64,000 nt of DNA from Candidatus Bathyarchaeia archaeon (GCA_038883655.1 JAVZLQ010000003.1:1-64000), one strand, 5' to 3'. Positions 48,370-58,920 are shown, numbered from the stretch's first letter. Made by a program: numbers and translations. The notes: a model not told the origin generated them from the sequence alone.

Positions 48370-51300
48370 TGGTTGGTCACCTCAAGAAACTTTGCTGATA
48401 TGACGTTTGATACTCCGTTTCGCTCGTAAACGCCGTAAACTTTCTGCGCCTTGTTTACCATTTCAGGCTTTAAAGTGATTACTATGAACTGGGTTTTTTC
48501 TGATTCCTTTAACAGTAATTCAGCGAGTTTCGAAACGTGATAAGCGTCTAAATGCGCGTCTATTTCGTCTAGGATGTAGAAGGATGCGGGGGTGAACTCC
48601 TTTATTGCAAAGATAAAGGCAACCGCAGCAACGGAGCGCTCTCCGCCGCTGGCTCCGCTTACAATGATGGATGGCTTGTTTGGGAATTGGACAATCATGT
48701 CTATTCCTCCAAGAAACGGTTCGTCTGGGTTCTCAAGCACTAGAGTGGCGTTTCCGCCGCCAGTGAGCTTGTTAAAGTACCTTGATAAATTCGTGTTTAT
48801 CTTTTCGAATGCTTCCATGAAGACCTTGCGCTTTTTGCTTTCAATCTCGTTCATGAACTGGACTATGGCTTGTTTTTCCCTTTCCAACTCATTAAGCCTC
48901 AAGGAGAGCTCCTTGTACCGCGAAATTTGCTCAGCATAATGTGATAGCGCCAGCTGGTTTACGGCTCCTATCCTTTCAAGTTCAAAGCGCATCATTTTGA
49001 TGGTTGTTTCAGCCTCCTCGACTTGCGTGGGCGTCACGTGTAAAGGTTGTTCATATCCAATTCGTCTAAGCTGGCTTTTGTACTGTTCAAGTTGGAGCAT
49101 TGATGTTTGGATGTTAAGTTGAAGCTGGTTTAGGAGGCGGTCAGCTTGCTCATATTCAGCGTCAAGTTTGCGCAGTTCCTTGTCGATGTCATCTATTTGG
49201 GAAGTGAACTTTTTCGCTTCTTCACGCGCTGACAAAACAGTCTTTGAAAGTTCAACACGGCTCTTTTCAAGCTCTGCGATCTCCAGTTTGAGGGATTCAC
49301 GTTCTTTTGTGGCTTCTTCCACTTCCTTCTCAACTTTCCGAAGCTGCTGCTCAACCTTTGTAAGCTGAATTTTCGCGTTTTGGTAGCCAACCCTCAAAAC
49401 GTTATCAAACTTTGACTGAAGCGTTGAAATTTCAGTTTGAACCGTGCCAAGCTTCTGCCTCAAAGTTATTATTTCCTCAGCGAGTTTTTCCCTCTTAACT
49501 TCTAACTCTTGGATGTAGGATGGATCTGCCTTTCGCCGAAGAGTAACCAAAGCATTTTGAAGTTTACGTACTTCCTTTTGAATTAGGCTGCTTTCAGCTC
49601 GGTGCTTCCACATCAGAGCCTTTTCACTTTCTACTTCCTTCTCGAGCTTGGCGATGTTCTTATCAACACGTTTAACATTAGCCCTAGTCCTTCTAACATT
49701 CCTTTTTACTCGCGCAATTTCCCTATCAAGCGTTATTATAGCTTCTGAAAGGCGTGCAATTTCAACGCGTGTCCTGTCGATCTCATCCTCAAACGCCGAC
49801 AAGTCTGTGCCACGCTTGGAAAGGTGCTGTTGAAGGGCGTTGACAGCTTCGTCTAAGCTTTTTATGGCTTTCTCGCTTGGTATAATGGCAGAAAAGTCTA
49901 TTGGCGCCCTATAATAACCGCTTTCAAATGCACCTCCAGCCTCGTACAGGTCCCCGTCAACCGTCACCACCCTATAACCCTCGTTTGACAATGTGAATGC
50001 GGTCTTTTCATCTGAAACTATTAGCGTGTCTCCAAAAACGAAGTTGACAGCCGGTTCATAATGTTTCTCACATTTTATGAAAAGCGACGCGGCGCCGTTT
50101 ACGCCTTCCATCTGCGGAACTTTCAAGGCTCTCGGATTCGAAGTTCCTTGAAGTGGAATTATCTTTATGCGCCCAAGCTTCATTCTTCTTAAGGTTTCCG
50201 CGCACGTGAAAGCAGCATCAAAATCTTTCACAACAACAGCGTCAAGCCATCCAGCTGCTGCAGCTTCAATAGCCCTCTTATAAGCGCTGTCAACCTTTAT
50301 CAAGTTGCGAAGCCGGCCGTAAACGCCTTGAATTACTCCAAGTTCGCCTAGTTCTTCTATGCTTCGAAGGGCTTTTTCCTCAGAGGCTACAGTTTCTGCG
50401 AGTTCCCTTTGCGTCGCGAATTCTATTACCGCGGCTTTCGCCGAGTCAGCGATTTTTCCAGCTTCTGCTATTTCACGTTCTATGGCTTCTTTTTGGGCAA
50501 TTTTTCGCTCGAGCATTTTTTGCATGTTTTTTAGTTGCGTTTTTTGTTCTTTCTGCACTCTTTCAAGTTCGGCAAAGGATTTTTCAAGTTCAGTGAGTGT
50601 TAACGCGAATCTTTCTTTTCGGTTTTTTAAGTCGTTAAGCCTTCTCATACGAATTTTTATTGCTGTCTGGCTCTTTGCGTATTCAGAACGTAAATATGAA
50701 AGTCTTTTGTAGCAATTTTCCATTTGCTGTTCCATTTCTCGGATTTTTTTGCTGTTTTCGCCGAGGTTTTCCCAAAGCTGAGCTGCCTCGCTTGCAAGCG
50801 CATCATGCTCGGCTTGTTTTGCATTTATTTGGTTTAAGATTGCCTCGTATTCGCTTTGCAGCTCCTTTATTCTCAAACGGTTTTCGCGAATTTCTTTCCT
50901 AATAGACTCGTACTGTGCGAGGTTGTTTTCTCTAACACGCCTTAACCCTTCAAGACTTGTCTTTCCAGAAGTTATACGTGTTGTTAATTCTGTCAATTTC
51001 GATTTTAATTCGCCTATGCGCATTTGAACCTTTAAAACTTGCGAACCACCTTCTTCAACTATTTCCGAGCTTAGTTTTCTCCATTCGCCCTCTATTCCTC
51101 TTCTCTTTGAACGTAAATCCTCGCGCAGTTGCCGCAGTTTTTCAACTCTTTCTTTAACTTTTTCCGCTTGAGACGCCGTCTCCTCCGTCTTCCTTTGAAT
51201 TTGCATCATGTCGCTTGATATTTTGATTGCCTCAAACTTTCCTACTTCACGTTGAATGAAGTTGTAACGCAAAAGTTGGTTACGTTCCCTTTCCAAGTCG

Positions 51301-51920
51301 TCAACTCTTCGTTGCACTTCGTCTATTCTTCCCATGGCTGTTCGTATGGAGATATCCGCTGCCCTAAGCTTTTCTTCAGCTTCAGCTTTTTCCGCGTCGT
51401 ACTGGGCTATTCCAACCAAATCCTCAATTATTTTTCTCCTTTCCATCGGCGCAATGTCTGTCAGCCGCGTTATTGTGCCTTGCAATATTATGTTTTGACT
51501 TGTTGAACTTAACCCAGCCATAGATAGAATCTCTAAGATTTGAGCTCTTGATATGCGTCTGCCATTAAGCCTATAAACGCTTTGACCATTTCTATAAACT
51601 TCACGCGAAACCGTAACTGTTGCTGTGTCTACGGGTATCCGCCCATCCGTATTATCGAATTGTATTATGACTTTAGCCATCTTCGCCCTTTCAAGTCCAG
51701 CCTTTTCGGAACCATGAAAAATCAGTTTTGCAGCATTTTCCGCGCGAAGCCTTTTCGTGCTTAACTCGCCTAGGGCGAATAGAACTGCGTCAACAATGTT
51801 TGTTTTCCCGCTTCCATTCGGTCCAGTTATAGCTGTAAAACCCTTATCTAGGATTACTTTAACGGTTTGCGGACCAAAGGATTTGAAACCTTTAAGCTCA
51901 ATTTTCTTGATATAGGGCAT
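48366..51920 (-). CDS. smc: Chromosome segregation ATPase Smc
   Basis: FKSF, GPNGSGKTN, coiled coils, hinge, SGGERS, LDEIDAHLD. Confidence 0.96.
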   Translation of the reverse strand: MPYIKKIELKGFKSFGPQTVKVILDKGFTAITGPNGSGKTNIVDAVLFALGELSTKRLRAENAAKLIFHGSEKAGLERAKMAKVIIQFDNTDGRIPVDTATVTVSREVYRNGQSVYRLNGRRISRAQILEILSMAGLSSTSQNIILQGTITRLTDIAPMERRKIIEDLVGIAQYDAEKAEAEEKLRAADISIRTAMGRIDEVQRRVDDLERERNQLLRYNFIQREVGKFEAIKISSDMMQIQRKTEETASQAEKVKERVEKLRQLREDLRSKRRGIEGEWRKLSSEIVEEGGSQVLKVQMRIGELKSKLTELTTRITSGKTSLEGLRRVRENNLAQYESIRKEIRENRLRIKELQSEYEAILNQINAKQAEHDALASEAAQLWENLGENSKKIREMEQQMENCYKRLSYLRSEYAKSQTAIKIRMRRLNDLKNRKERFALTLTELEKSFAELERVQKEQKTQLKNMQKMLERKIAQKEAIEREIAEAGKIADSAKAAVIEFATQRELAETVASEEKALRSIEELGELGVIQGVYGRLRNLIKVDSAYKRAIEAAAAGWLDAVVVKDFDAAFTCAETLRRMKLGRIKIIPLQGTSNPRALKVPQMEGVNGAASLFIKCEKHYEPAVNFVFGDTLIVSDEKTAFTLSNEGYRVVTVDGDLYEAGGAFESGYYRAPIDFSAIIPSEKAIKSLDEAVNALQQHLSKRGTDLSAFEDEIDRTRVEIARLSEAIITLDREIARVKRNVRRTRANVKRVDKNIAKLEKEVESEKALMWKHRAESSLIQKEVRKLQNALVTLRRKADPSYIQELEVKREKLAEEIITLRQKLGTVQTEISTLQSKFDNVLRVGYQNAKIQLTKVEQQLRKVEKEVEEATKERESLKLEIAELEKSRVELSKTVLSAREEAKKFTSQIDDIDKELRKLDAEYEQADRLLNQLQLNIQTSMLQLEQYKSQLRRIGYEQPLHVTPTQVEEAETTIKMMRFELERIGAVNQLALSHYAEQISRYKELSLRLNELEREKQAIVQFMNEIESKKRKVFMEAFEKINTNLSRYFNKLTGGGNATLVLENPDEPFLGGIDMIVQFPNKPSIIVSGASGGERSVAAVAFIFAIKEFTPASFYILDEIDAHLDAYHVSKLAELLLKESEKTQFIVITLKPEMVNKAQKVYGVYERNGVSNVISAKFLEVTNQ

Positions 51921-52097
51921 TCAGTTTGCGCCCTCGCTCACATCGAAGGATTCAACCATATCGTTATAAGACTCTTCTGTAAGATTTTTCTATAAAAAGA
52001 TTCTATCAAAAAGCCTTAACAGTTATGCACACTTTAAGTCCAATTTTCAGCTAACCATTAAGCAAAAATTAGCAAAAACGCGATATTACGCTTCGAA

Positions 52098-52604
52098 TTA
52101 CGCGCGCTTTGCAGCCACCCTCTTAATAAAATCTTTTAGGCATGCCTCTTCGCCGTAAACGAGCAAGCAGCTATCCTTTTGCACCTCGTATGAAAGGCTT
52201 GATTCTTCAGCTAAACGCTTAAGTTTTTCAATTGGCATGTCTGGCGAAGGCTTAACGCGGATCCACTTGTGTTCGCGTGGAAGCCCAGGAATGAACCTTA
52301 TTTCCGCTTCTTCTTCCTCTTCATGCGGTTTTTGTATAGCCTCATCAACTTTTCTAAGCCAATCTTCTACGTATTCTGAGCCGAATTTTTTCTGTCCTTC
52401 AGAAACGAGGCGGGACTCAACTTTCATTAGGAGTTCTTCAATTTTTTGGCTTGTTTCAACGCATGTAGGGTCAACCTTCAAAATGTTAATTAAAGTTTTA
52501 GCAGATTTTAAATCGCTCATCACTTCTTGCGGAATGGGGATGCCTTTCTTTCGAAATTCAACAGCCATTTCTTCCAGAACTTTCCACGCAGACAGATATC
52601 CCAT
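52098..52604 (-). CDS. Conserved archaeal protein (DUF2096-like)
   Basis: W.VL....EF.KKG..IP.EV..DL, F.PG.P. Confidence 0.65.
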   Translation of the reverse strand: MGYLSAWKVLEEMAVEFRKKGIPIPQEVMSDLKSAKTLINILKVDPTCVETSQKIEELLMKVESRLVSEGQKKFGSEYVEDWLRKVDEAIQKPHEEEEEAEIRFIPGLPREHKWIRVKPSPDMPIEKLKRLAEESSLSYEVQKDSCLLVYGEEACLKDFIKRVAAKRA

Positions 52605-52646
52605 GGCGGACTACCAAATTTTGATTAGCGCTTATGCTATAAAGGG

Positions 52647-53054
52647 TTATCTGAAACAGTTGACGGCGCCAGCAGCTGAACATAACTCGCATTTCTCAAT
52701 GTCTATTTGTGGGTCAAAGATTTTGTGTAATTCACACATTAAGCCTCTTGCTCTTATCACCTTGCATATTTCGCAGAATTTTTGGATAAACTCCTTATGG
52801 GACATTGCGTTGCCACTGTTAGCCATCGCGTCAGCAAATTCCTTGATTAGTTTCGTTATTTCAGGGTCTTTTTCTAGGTTTATGGCTTTTCCGCGTATCC
52901 GCCTATAGTATAGGCTTACGGCTGGTTGGCTGACTCCCAAAAGTTTTGCTGCTTCTGCTTGTTTTAGTTTGTGTGTTGTTGTTAGTTCTTTTGCAAGTAT
53001 AGCGCGTATTGCTGGTAGAAGGCATTTTACTGCTATTTCGCATGGCACTAACAT
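52647..53054 (-). CDS. XRE-HTH transcriptional regulator with Cys-rich C-terminus
   Basis: PCE...LPAIR, Q.EAAKLLGVSQPAVS.Y, CxxC...CxxH...CxxC. Confidence 0.85.
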   Translation of the reverse strand: MLVPCEIAVKCLLPAIRAILAKELTTTHKLKQAEAAKLLGVSQPAVSLYYRRIRGKAINLEKDPEITKLIKEFADAMANSGNAMSHKEFIQKFCEICKVIRARGLMCELHKIFDPQIDIEKCELCSAAGAVNCFR

Positions 53055-53099
53055 TTATGGTCATTCCTAATGTATAATTGTAGAAAGGCATAAATATAC

Positions 53100-53119
53100 T
53101 TTATTACAATTGTAATAAA
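53100..53119. promoter_or_regulatory. 20-bp perfect palindrome, candidate operator
   Basis: TTTATTACAATTGTAATAAA between TATA-like TAAATATA and the fprA start. Confidence 0.7.
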
Positions 53120-53122
53120 AGG

Positions 53123-54310
53123 GTGAACACCTTGAAAAACATAACAAAACTCGCAGAAAACGTCTACTGGGTCGGCGCGAGAGACTGGAACAGAAGACTT
53201 TTCGACGCGTTAATTCCACTGCCAAAAGGAACAAGCTACAACGCCTACCTAATAATCGGCAAAAACAAAAAGGCACTAATCGACACAGTGAACCCAGGCT
53301 TCGAAAAAGAACTGGAAGAAAAAATAAGCAAAATAACAGACCCAAAAGAAATTGACTACATAATAATGAACCACGCAGAGCCAGACCATGCGGGCGCAAT
53401 TCCATACATGATGCAGATTAACAGCAAAGCCAAATTAGTAACTTCGAGCAAAGGCGCGAAAATGGCTCAAACATTCTACAAGGTGCCAGAAAACCGCATC
53501 ATATCAATTAAAGATCAAGAAATAATAGATTTGGGCGGCAAAACATTACGCTTTATAGAAGCGCCAATGCTACACTGGCCAGAAACAATGTTCACATATC
53601 TGCAGGAAAACGGAATTTTGTTTCCATGCGACTTTTTCGGCGCGCACCTTGCTGGAGGCGTTTATGACGATGATGTTGAGGATTTGCTTGTTCATGCTCA
53701 GCGGTATTTCGGTGAGATAATGATGCCTTTTAAGGCTATGGGGCAGAAGGCGCTTGAAAAGATAAAGGGTTTAGAGATAAGGATGATTGCGCCGAGCCAC
53801 GGTCCAATTCACAAGAATGTTGAACGCATTTTAAACGCTTACAGAAAGTGGGTGAATGGTGAGACAAGGCGAAAAGCCATAATTGTTTATGCGACGATGT
53901 GGCGCAGCACAGAAAAAATGATTGAAGTGATGGCGGACACGCTGGCATCCGAAGACATAGAAATAGTCGTCTACAACTTGGCTTCATCTGACATTGGCGA
54001 TATAGCAAAAGATCTTGTAGACGCAAAAGCCATAGTCTTAGGCGTGCCAACAGTCCTCGGCGGAATGCATCCGCTTGGCGTTTACGCCATGTACCTTGTC
54101 AAGGCTTTGCGCCCACCATTAAAGTTTGGCGTTGTTTTAAGTTCATACGGTTGGGGCGGAGGCGCAATAAAACACGTTCAAGAGTTGCTTGGACAAACAA
54201 AAATTGAGGTTGCCGGAGCCATGGAAGTAAACGGTCCACCCACGGACGATGATATAAGGCAGATAATTGACATTGGAAAGACACTTGCGGAAAAGATTAA
54301 GGAGGAATAA
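53123..54310 (+). CDS. fprA: Flavodiiron protein (FprA; NO/O2 reductase)
   Basis: HAEPDH, HWPE, PSHG, flavodoxin domain SYGWGG. Confidence 0.93.
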   Translation: MNTLKNITKLAENVYWVGARDWNRRLFDALIPLPKGTSYNAYLIIGKNKKALIDTVNPGFEKELEEKISKITDPKEIDYIIMNHAEPDHAGAIPYMMQINSKAKLVTSSKGAKMAQTFYKVPENRIISIKDQEIIDLGGKTLRFIEAPMLHWPETMFTYLQENGILFPCDFFGAHLAGGVYDDDVEDLLVHAQRYFGEIMMPFKAMGQKALEKIKGLEIRMIAPSHGPIHKNVERILNAYRKWVNGETRRKAIIVYATMWRSTEKMIEVMADTLASEDIEIVVYNLASSDIGDIAKDLVDAKAIVLGVPTVLGGMHPLGVYAMYLVKALRPPLKFGVVLSSYGWGGGAIKHVQELLGQTKIEVAGAMEVNGPPTDDDIRQIIDIGKTLAEKIKEE

Positions 54311-54314
54311 CACT

Positions 54315-55547
54315 TTGGCGGAAGACAGGAAAAACGTTTTAAAGGAAATTCTTAGGCAGCTGCATGCTGGCGCACCGCCACAAGAGGTTAAGGAAAGGTT
54401 TAAGCAGTTTCTGGAAGGCATAAGCCCGCTTGAAATTTCAAGAATAGAGCAGGAGTTAATAAGGGAAGGAATGCCCAGAGAGGAGATTCAAAGGCTCTGC
54501 GATGTGCACATGGCTGTTTTTAGAGAACAACTGGAAAAACAGAAACTTGATGTGCCAGCAAGCCACTCAATTAACATACTCATGGAAGAACACAAGATTA
54601 TGCTGCAGCTTGCTGGAAAACTCGTGGAAACAGCAAACAAAATTCAACAGTTCAGCGAAGCCGGCTACATTGAAGAGGAAATTCATTTTCTACAGCATTT
54701 AGCAAGGGATTTCATGGACTCTGAGAAGCACTATTTACGTGAAGAGAATGTGCTCTTTCCAATTTTGGAAAAGCATGGAATTACAGAGCCACCAGCGATA
54801 ATGTGGATGGAACACAACCAGATAAGGGAGAAAAAGAAAGCGCTAAACAAACTTGTTGAAAATTACAGCGCATTAGGTTTAAAAGAGTTTAAAGCGCAGT
54901 TAAGCGAATTGGCTGAAGCCATAAACAGCCTGTTGGCAAGCCACTTTTTTAAGGAAAACAACATACTCTTTCCAACAGCGTTAAGAGTCATAACTCATGA
55001 TGAATGGAAAGCCATAAGAAGCGAATTTGATGAAATTGGATACTGTTGTTTCACGCCTCCAGAGTTGACTGGTGCGCCGCAAATAGCAGAAGCAGTAAAA
55101 GAGGAGAAAATCATGCCTACAACAAAGGAAACATCTTTCGCCTTACAGTTTGAGACTGGAACATTAACCAAGAATGAGATCGAAGCTCTGCTGAACGCCT
55201 TACCAGTTGATATAACGTTTGTGGACAAGGATGACACTGTAAGGTATTTTAACAAGGCTGAAAAACGCATTTTTGTCCGAACAAAAGCGGTCATAGGCAG
55301 AAAAGTGCAACTTTGCCACCCACAAAAGAGCATACACATAGTAAACCGCATCCTCGAAGCCTTCAAGGGGGGAAAGAAGGACGTCGCCGAGTTCTGGATT
55401 AACCTAAACAACCGTCTAATTCACATAAGATATTTTGCGGTCAGGGATAAGAACGGAAAATATTTGGGGACAATGGAAGTTACGCAAGACATCACCGACA
55501 TAAAGAAGATTGAAGGCGAGAAAAGGCTTTTAGACTGGAGAGAATGA
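54315..55547 (+). CDS. DUF438 + hemerythrin + PAS domain protein
   Basis: RLCDVH, EH, HY.REEN.LFP, MW.EH, KENNILFP, CHP.KS. Confidence 0.88.
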   Translation: MAEDRKNVLKEILRQLHAGAPPQEVKERFKQFLEGISPLEISRIEQELIREGMPREEIQRLCDVHMAVFREQLEKQKLDVPASHSINILMEEHKIMLQLAGKLVETANKIQQFSEAGYIEEEIHFLQHLARDFMDSEKHYLREENVLFPILEKHGITEPPAIMWMEHNQIREKKKALNKLVENYSALGLKEFKAQLSELAEAINSLLASHFFKENNILFPTALRVITHDEWKAIRSEFDEIGYCCFTPPELTGAPQIAEAVKEEKIMPTTKETSFALQFETGTLTKNEIEALLNALPVDITFVDKDDTVRYFNKAEKRIFVRTKAVIGRKVQLCHPQKSIHIVNRILEAFKGGKKDVAEFWINLNNRLIHIRYFAVRDKNGKYLGTMEVTQDITDIKKIEGEKRLLDWRE

Positions 55548-55556
55548 AGTAAGCGC

Positions 55557-55970
55557 TTGATGAAAACAGTTCTGTTTGTCTGCGTTGAAAACAGCTTTAG
55601 AAGCCAAATCGCCGAAGCCTACTTCAACAAGTTTGCCCCAGAAGGCTGGCAAGCCATAAGCGGTGGCAGCAAACCAGCGGAAAAGGTTCATCCAAACGCA
55701 GTATTGTTGATGCGCGAAGAAGGAATAGACATAAGTGACAAGAAGCCAAAAGCTCTAACATTTGAGATGCAGACGAAAGTTGACGCCGCCGTGATAGTTT
55801 GTGGAAGCGCAGAATGCCCAGTTGTTTACGTTAAGGATGTTGAAGAGTGGAATGTTCCAGACCCAGCGAAAATGCCGCTTGATGAGGCACGAAAAATTAG
55901 AGATTTAATAAAGTCAAAAGTCTTGGATTACATCAAAAGGTTAACGTCCAAAACGCCTAGTTCAATTTAA
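55557..55970 (+). CDS. LMW-PTP/ArsC-family reductase
   Basis: CVENSFRSQ.AE, C...ECP, DP. Confidence 0.85.
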   Translation: MMKTVLFVCVENSFRSQIAEAYFNKFAPEGWQAISGGSKPAEKVHPNAVLLMREEGIDISDKKPKALTFEMQTKVDAAVIVCGSAECPVVYVKDVEEWNVPDPAKMPLDEARKIRDLIKSKVLDYIKRLTSKTPSSI

Positions 55971-56850
55971 CTTCCTCCATAAACTTTCTAATCTCCTCCC
56001 TCTGTTTATCATTCAACGGTAATGTTGGTCTGCGCGGATATCCAGCAGGTAAGCCTAGAATGTTTAACGCTTCCTTTATTGCTGCAAGCTGGTTATGCCT
56101 TATCACAAGAACTTCGTTTATGCGTGAAATTGTTTTTTGGAGTTCCCATGCTTTCGCGCAGTCTCCGTCTTTAAAGGCTCTGTAAAGTTCGCTGCAAAGC
56201 TTCGGAGCAACGTTCGCAACAGCTATTACAGCGCCTTTTCCGCCAAGCGCCAACGTTGGAAGAGTTAAGTCCGCTGTTCCAGCTAAAACTGAAATTTTTC
56301 TGCCTAAAAGCCTAACAAGTTCGGTTATTTGGCTGTAGCTTCCGCTGCTATCCTTTACCCCAACGACATGGCTGTATTCAGAAGAGAGCCTTTCGACAAG
56401 TGCTGGTTCAAGCGAAAATCCCGTGAATTTTGGAACATTATAGACTACTATTGGCAAGTCAACAGCCTCAAGCACGGCACTATAATGCTCATACAACTCT
56501 TCATTTGAATATTTAAAGTAAAATGGCGTTACAACAAGCGCAGCGTCAACACCCACATCCCTTGCATCCATAGTCAACTGAATTGTTTCTTTCGTGCTTA
56601 TGGCGCCAGTTCCAGCAATAACTGGCACTTTGCCATTCGCTTCATCCACAACCGTTTCAAGAAGTTTTTTCCGCTCCTCCCTCAGTAAGTATGGTGCTTC
56701 CCCATTGCTTCCGCAAGTTACAAGTCCAGAAAGCTCGCTATCGATCCAAAACCGCACAAGCTTTCTCAACGCCTTTGTGTCCATCTCACCATCACGTTTA
56801 AACGGAGTTACATGCGGAACAAAAACCCCTTCTAGCCCAATTTTTGACAT
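55957..56850 (-). CDS. DapA-family aldolase
   Basis: TPF, GSNGE, YNVP, GVKDS Schiff-base Lys. Confidence 0.88.
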   Translation of the reverse strand: MSKIGLEGVFVPHVTPFKRDGEMDTKALRKLVRFWIDSELSGLVTCGSNGEAPYLLREERKKLLETVVDEANGKVPVIAGTGAISTKETIQLTMDARDVGVDAALVVTPFYFKYSNEELYEHYSAVLEAVDLPIVVYNVPKFTGFSLEPALVERLSSEYSHVVGVKDSSGSYSQITELVRLLGRKISVLAGTADLTLPTLALGGKGAVIAVANVAPKLCSELYRAFKDGDCAKAWELQKTISRINEVLVIRHNQLAAIKEALNILGLPAGYPRRPTLPLNDKQREEIRKFMEEVKLN

Positions 56851-56903
56851 GACATGCACACCACGCTTTAATATTTTTAACATTGAACTCTTAATAATTA
56901 CTG

Positions 56904-57338
56904 GTGCAGACCTTGCCTAAAACTTTCATGATGAAACTTGACCGTATACAACCAACCCAACTGTTCATCAGTTCTGAAAAGTTATCCGAAGTGATGAAAA
57001 CTTTCGATGCAGCAAATCCAGCCTCAATGGAGCCAATTCCGATAAAACGCCTTAAAAATAAGATTATCTTTGTAGACGGGCATACAAGGGCTTTTGCCGC
57101 TTTCCTACATGGTTTTTCCAGAATCCCAGTATGCTGGGAAAAAGAAGAACTCGATTGGGACGCCTATAAGATCTGCGTTGAATGGTGCGAAAAAGAGGGT
57201 ATCTACACGATAGCCGACCTTAAAGATAGGGTTATTCCTCATAAGGATTATGAGAAGTTGTGGTACAGACGCTGCGAAAAATGCAAAGAGATTTGGAGGC
57301 AGAGAGGAAGCGCATGCAAATCCGAAAGTTCAAGATAA
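56904..57338 (+). CDS. ParB/Srx-like small protein
   Basis: IQPTQ, DGHTRA. Confidence 0.6.
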   Translation: MQTLPKTFMMKLDRIQPTQLFISSEKLSEVMKTFDAANPASMEPIPIKRLKNKIIFVDGHTRAFAAFLHGFSRIPVCWEKEELDWDAYKICVEWCEKEGIYTIADLKDRVIPHKDYEKLWYRRCEKCKEIWRQRGSACKSESSR

Positions 57339-57461
57339 CATAGTTTTACCGAAAATGAAAATTAAAAGAATGGAAAGCTCATATATTAGCTAAGCATAAC
57401 ATTAATTAATCCATTTACTGTATGAAAGTCTGCAAATGTGTTAGTGTGAGGTAGGACATAT

Positions 57462-58190
57462 ATGTCTGTGTTTGCGGCACCAGGTGCTTATGATCGTGCG
57501 ATAACGGTTTTTTCACCAGATGGTAGGCTTTTCCAAGTTGAGTATGCAATGGAGCTTGTTAATCGTGGAGCAACAATTCTGGGAATAAAATGTGTTGAAG
57601 GTGTTGTTTTGGGTGCGGAGGAAACCGCTGACCCGCTTGAAGAGACTGGAAATTCATGGAAAATTTTCAAGATTGATGAGCATATTGGCGTGGCAATAGT
57701 TGGTTTAAGCTCTGACGCCCGCGTATTAATAGACCAAGCGCGAATTTACGCCCAAAGCAACAGGTTAACATACGACGAGCCTATAGACGTGGAAGTTGTG
57801 ACAAAAAGGATATGCGACATAAAACAGTTGTACACGCAACATGCTGGCGTAAGACCATTTGGAGTATCAATGATATTCGGCGGAGTTGACAAAACCGGAA
57901 ATCGTGTTCTTGGGACACATCCAAGCGGAACATACAGAAGCTACAAGTGCAGAGCGGAAGGCGCTGGAAGAGAAACCGTTTTCGCCATACTTAAAGAAGA
58001 ATATAAAGAGGACATGAGGCTTGATGATGCCGTGAAACTTGCGGCAAAATGCCTCGTAAAAGCCTTAGAAGCAAGGCAGTTGCCCCCGAGAATAAAGATA
58101 GCGGTGATTCCATCAGCAACAAAGAAGATGGAAATGCTCAGCGACGAAAAAGTAGAGGAAGTTTTGAAAGAGTTGGGCGTAGGCAAGTGA
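57462..58190 (+). CDS. psmA: Proteasome alpha subunit
   Basis: [26 protein letters not shown]. Confidence 0.96.
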   Translation: MSVFAAPGAYDRAITVFSPDGRLFQVEYAMELVNRGATILGIKCVEGVVLGAEETADPLEETGNSWKIFKIDEHIGVAIVGLSSDARVLIDQARIYAQSNRLTYDEPIDVEVVTKRICDIKQLYTQHAGVRPFGVSMIFGGVDKTGNRVLGTHPSGTYRSYKCRAEGAGRETVFAILKEEYKEDMRLDDAVKLAAKCLVKALEARQLPPRIKIAVIPSATKKMEMLSDEKVEEVLKELGVGK

Positions 58191-58197
58191 ATTGCTG

Positions 58198-58887
58198 ATG
58201 AGTGAAAAGTATACTGTTGCACGCATAACAAAGGACAACGAACACTTTGAGGTTCTCGTTAAACCCCAAAAAGCCTTAGACTATAGAGTTGGAAAAATAA
58301 CATCCCTAAGCGAAGTACTTGTAACCGAAACAATATTTTCAGACGCAAACAAAGGCACAAAGGTAGCTGAAGAAAACCTCCGCAAAGCCTTCGGGACGAC
58401 AGACCCTCTTAAAATTGCTGACATAATACTGAAAAAGGGGACACTTCAACTCACAACAGAACAACGCAGAAAAATGATTGAGGACAAAAGAAAACAAATC
58501 ATAGATTTCATTTCAAGACAATGCGTAGACCCAAAAACGAACCTACCGCATCCACCGCTACGAATAGAAAACGCCCTGGAACAAATACACTATCCAATAG
58601 ACCCATTCAAACCAGTGGAAGAACAAGCAAAAGAAATTATAAAACAGCTTAGGGCAATCTTGCCATTAAAGATGGAGCAAATATCAGTAGGCGTACACAT
58701 ACCAGCACAGTATTCCGCAAGGGCGTACGGCACAATAAAAGGGTTTGGGACAATAAAGAGGGAAGAGTGGCGCCCAGACGGCTCATGGTACGGCGTACTA
58801 GAGATGCCAGCAGGCTTATATGCGCCCTTCCTAGAAAGACTTGGTGAAATAACAAAAGGAAGTGGAGAGGCAAAAGTAATTTCTTAA
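58198..58887 (+). CDS. SBDS ribosome maturation factor
   Basis: FEVLV, FGTTD, DPKT.LPHPP.RIE. Confidence 0.93.
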   Translation: MSEKYTVARITKDNEHFEVLVKPQKALDYRVGKITSLSEVLVTETIFSDANKGTKVAEENLRKAFGTTDPLKIADIILKKGTLQLTTEQRRKMIEDKRKQIIDFISRQCVDPKTNLPHPPLRIENALEQIHYPIDPFKPVEEQAKEIIKQLRAILPLKMEQISVGVHIPAQYSARAYGTIKGFGTIKREEWRPDGSWYGVLEMPAGLYAPFLERLGEITKGSGEAKVIS

Positions 58888-58920
58888 AATCCGAATTTAA
58901 ATTAGAGTTAGGTGTAACGC

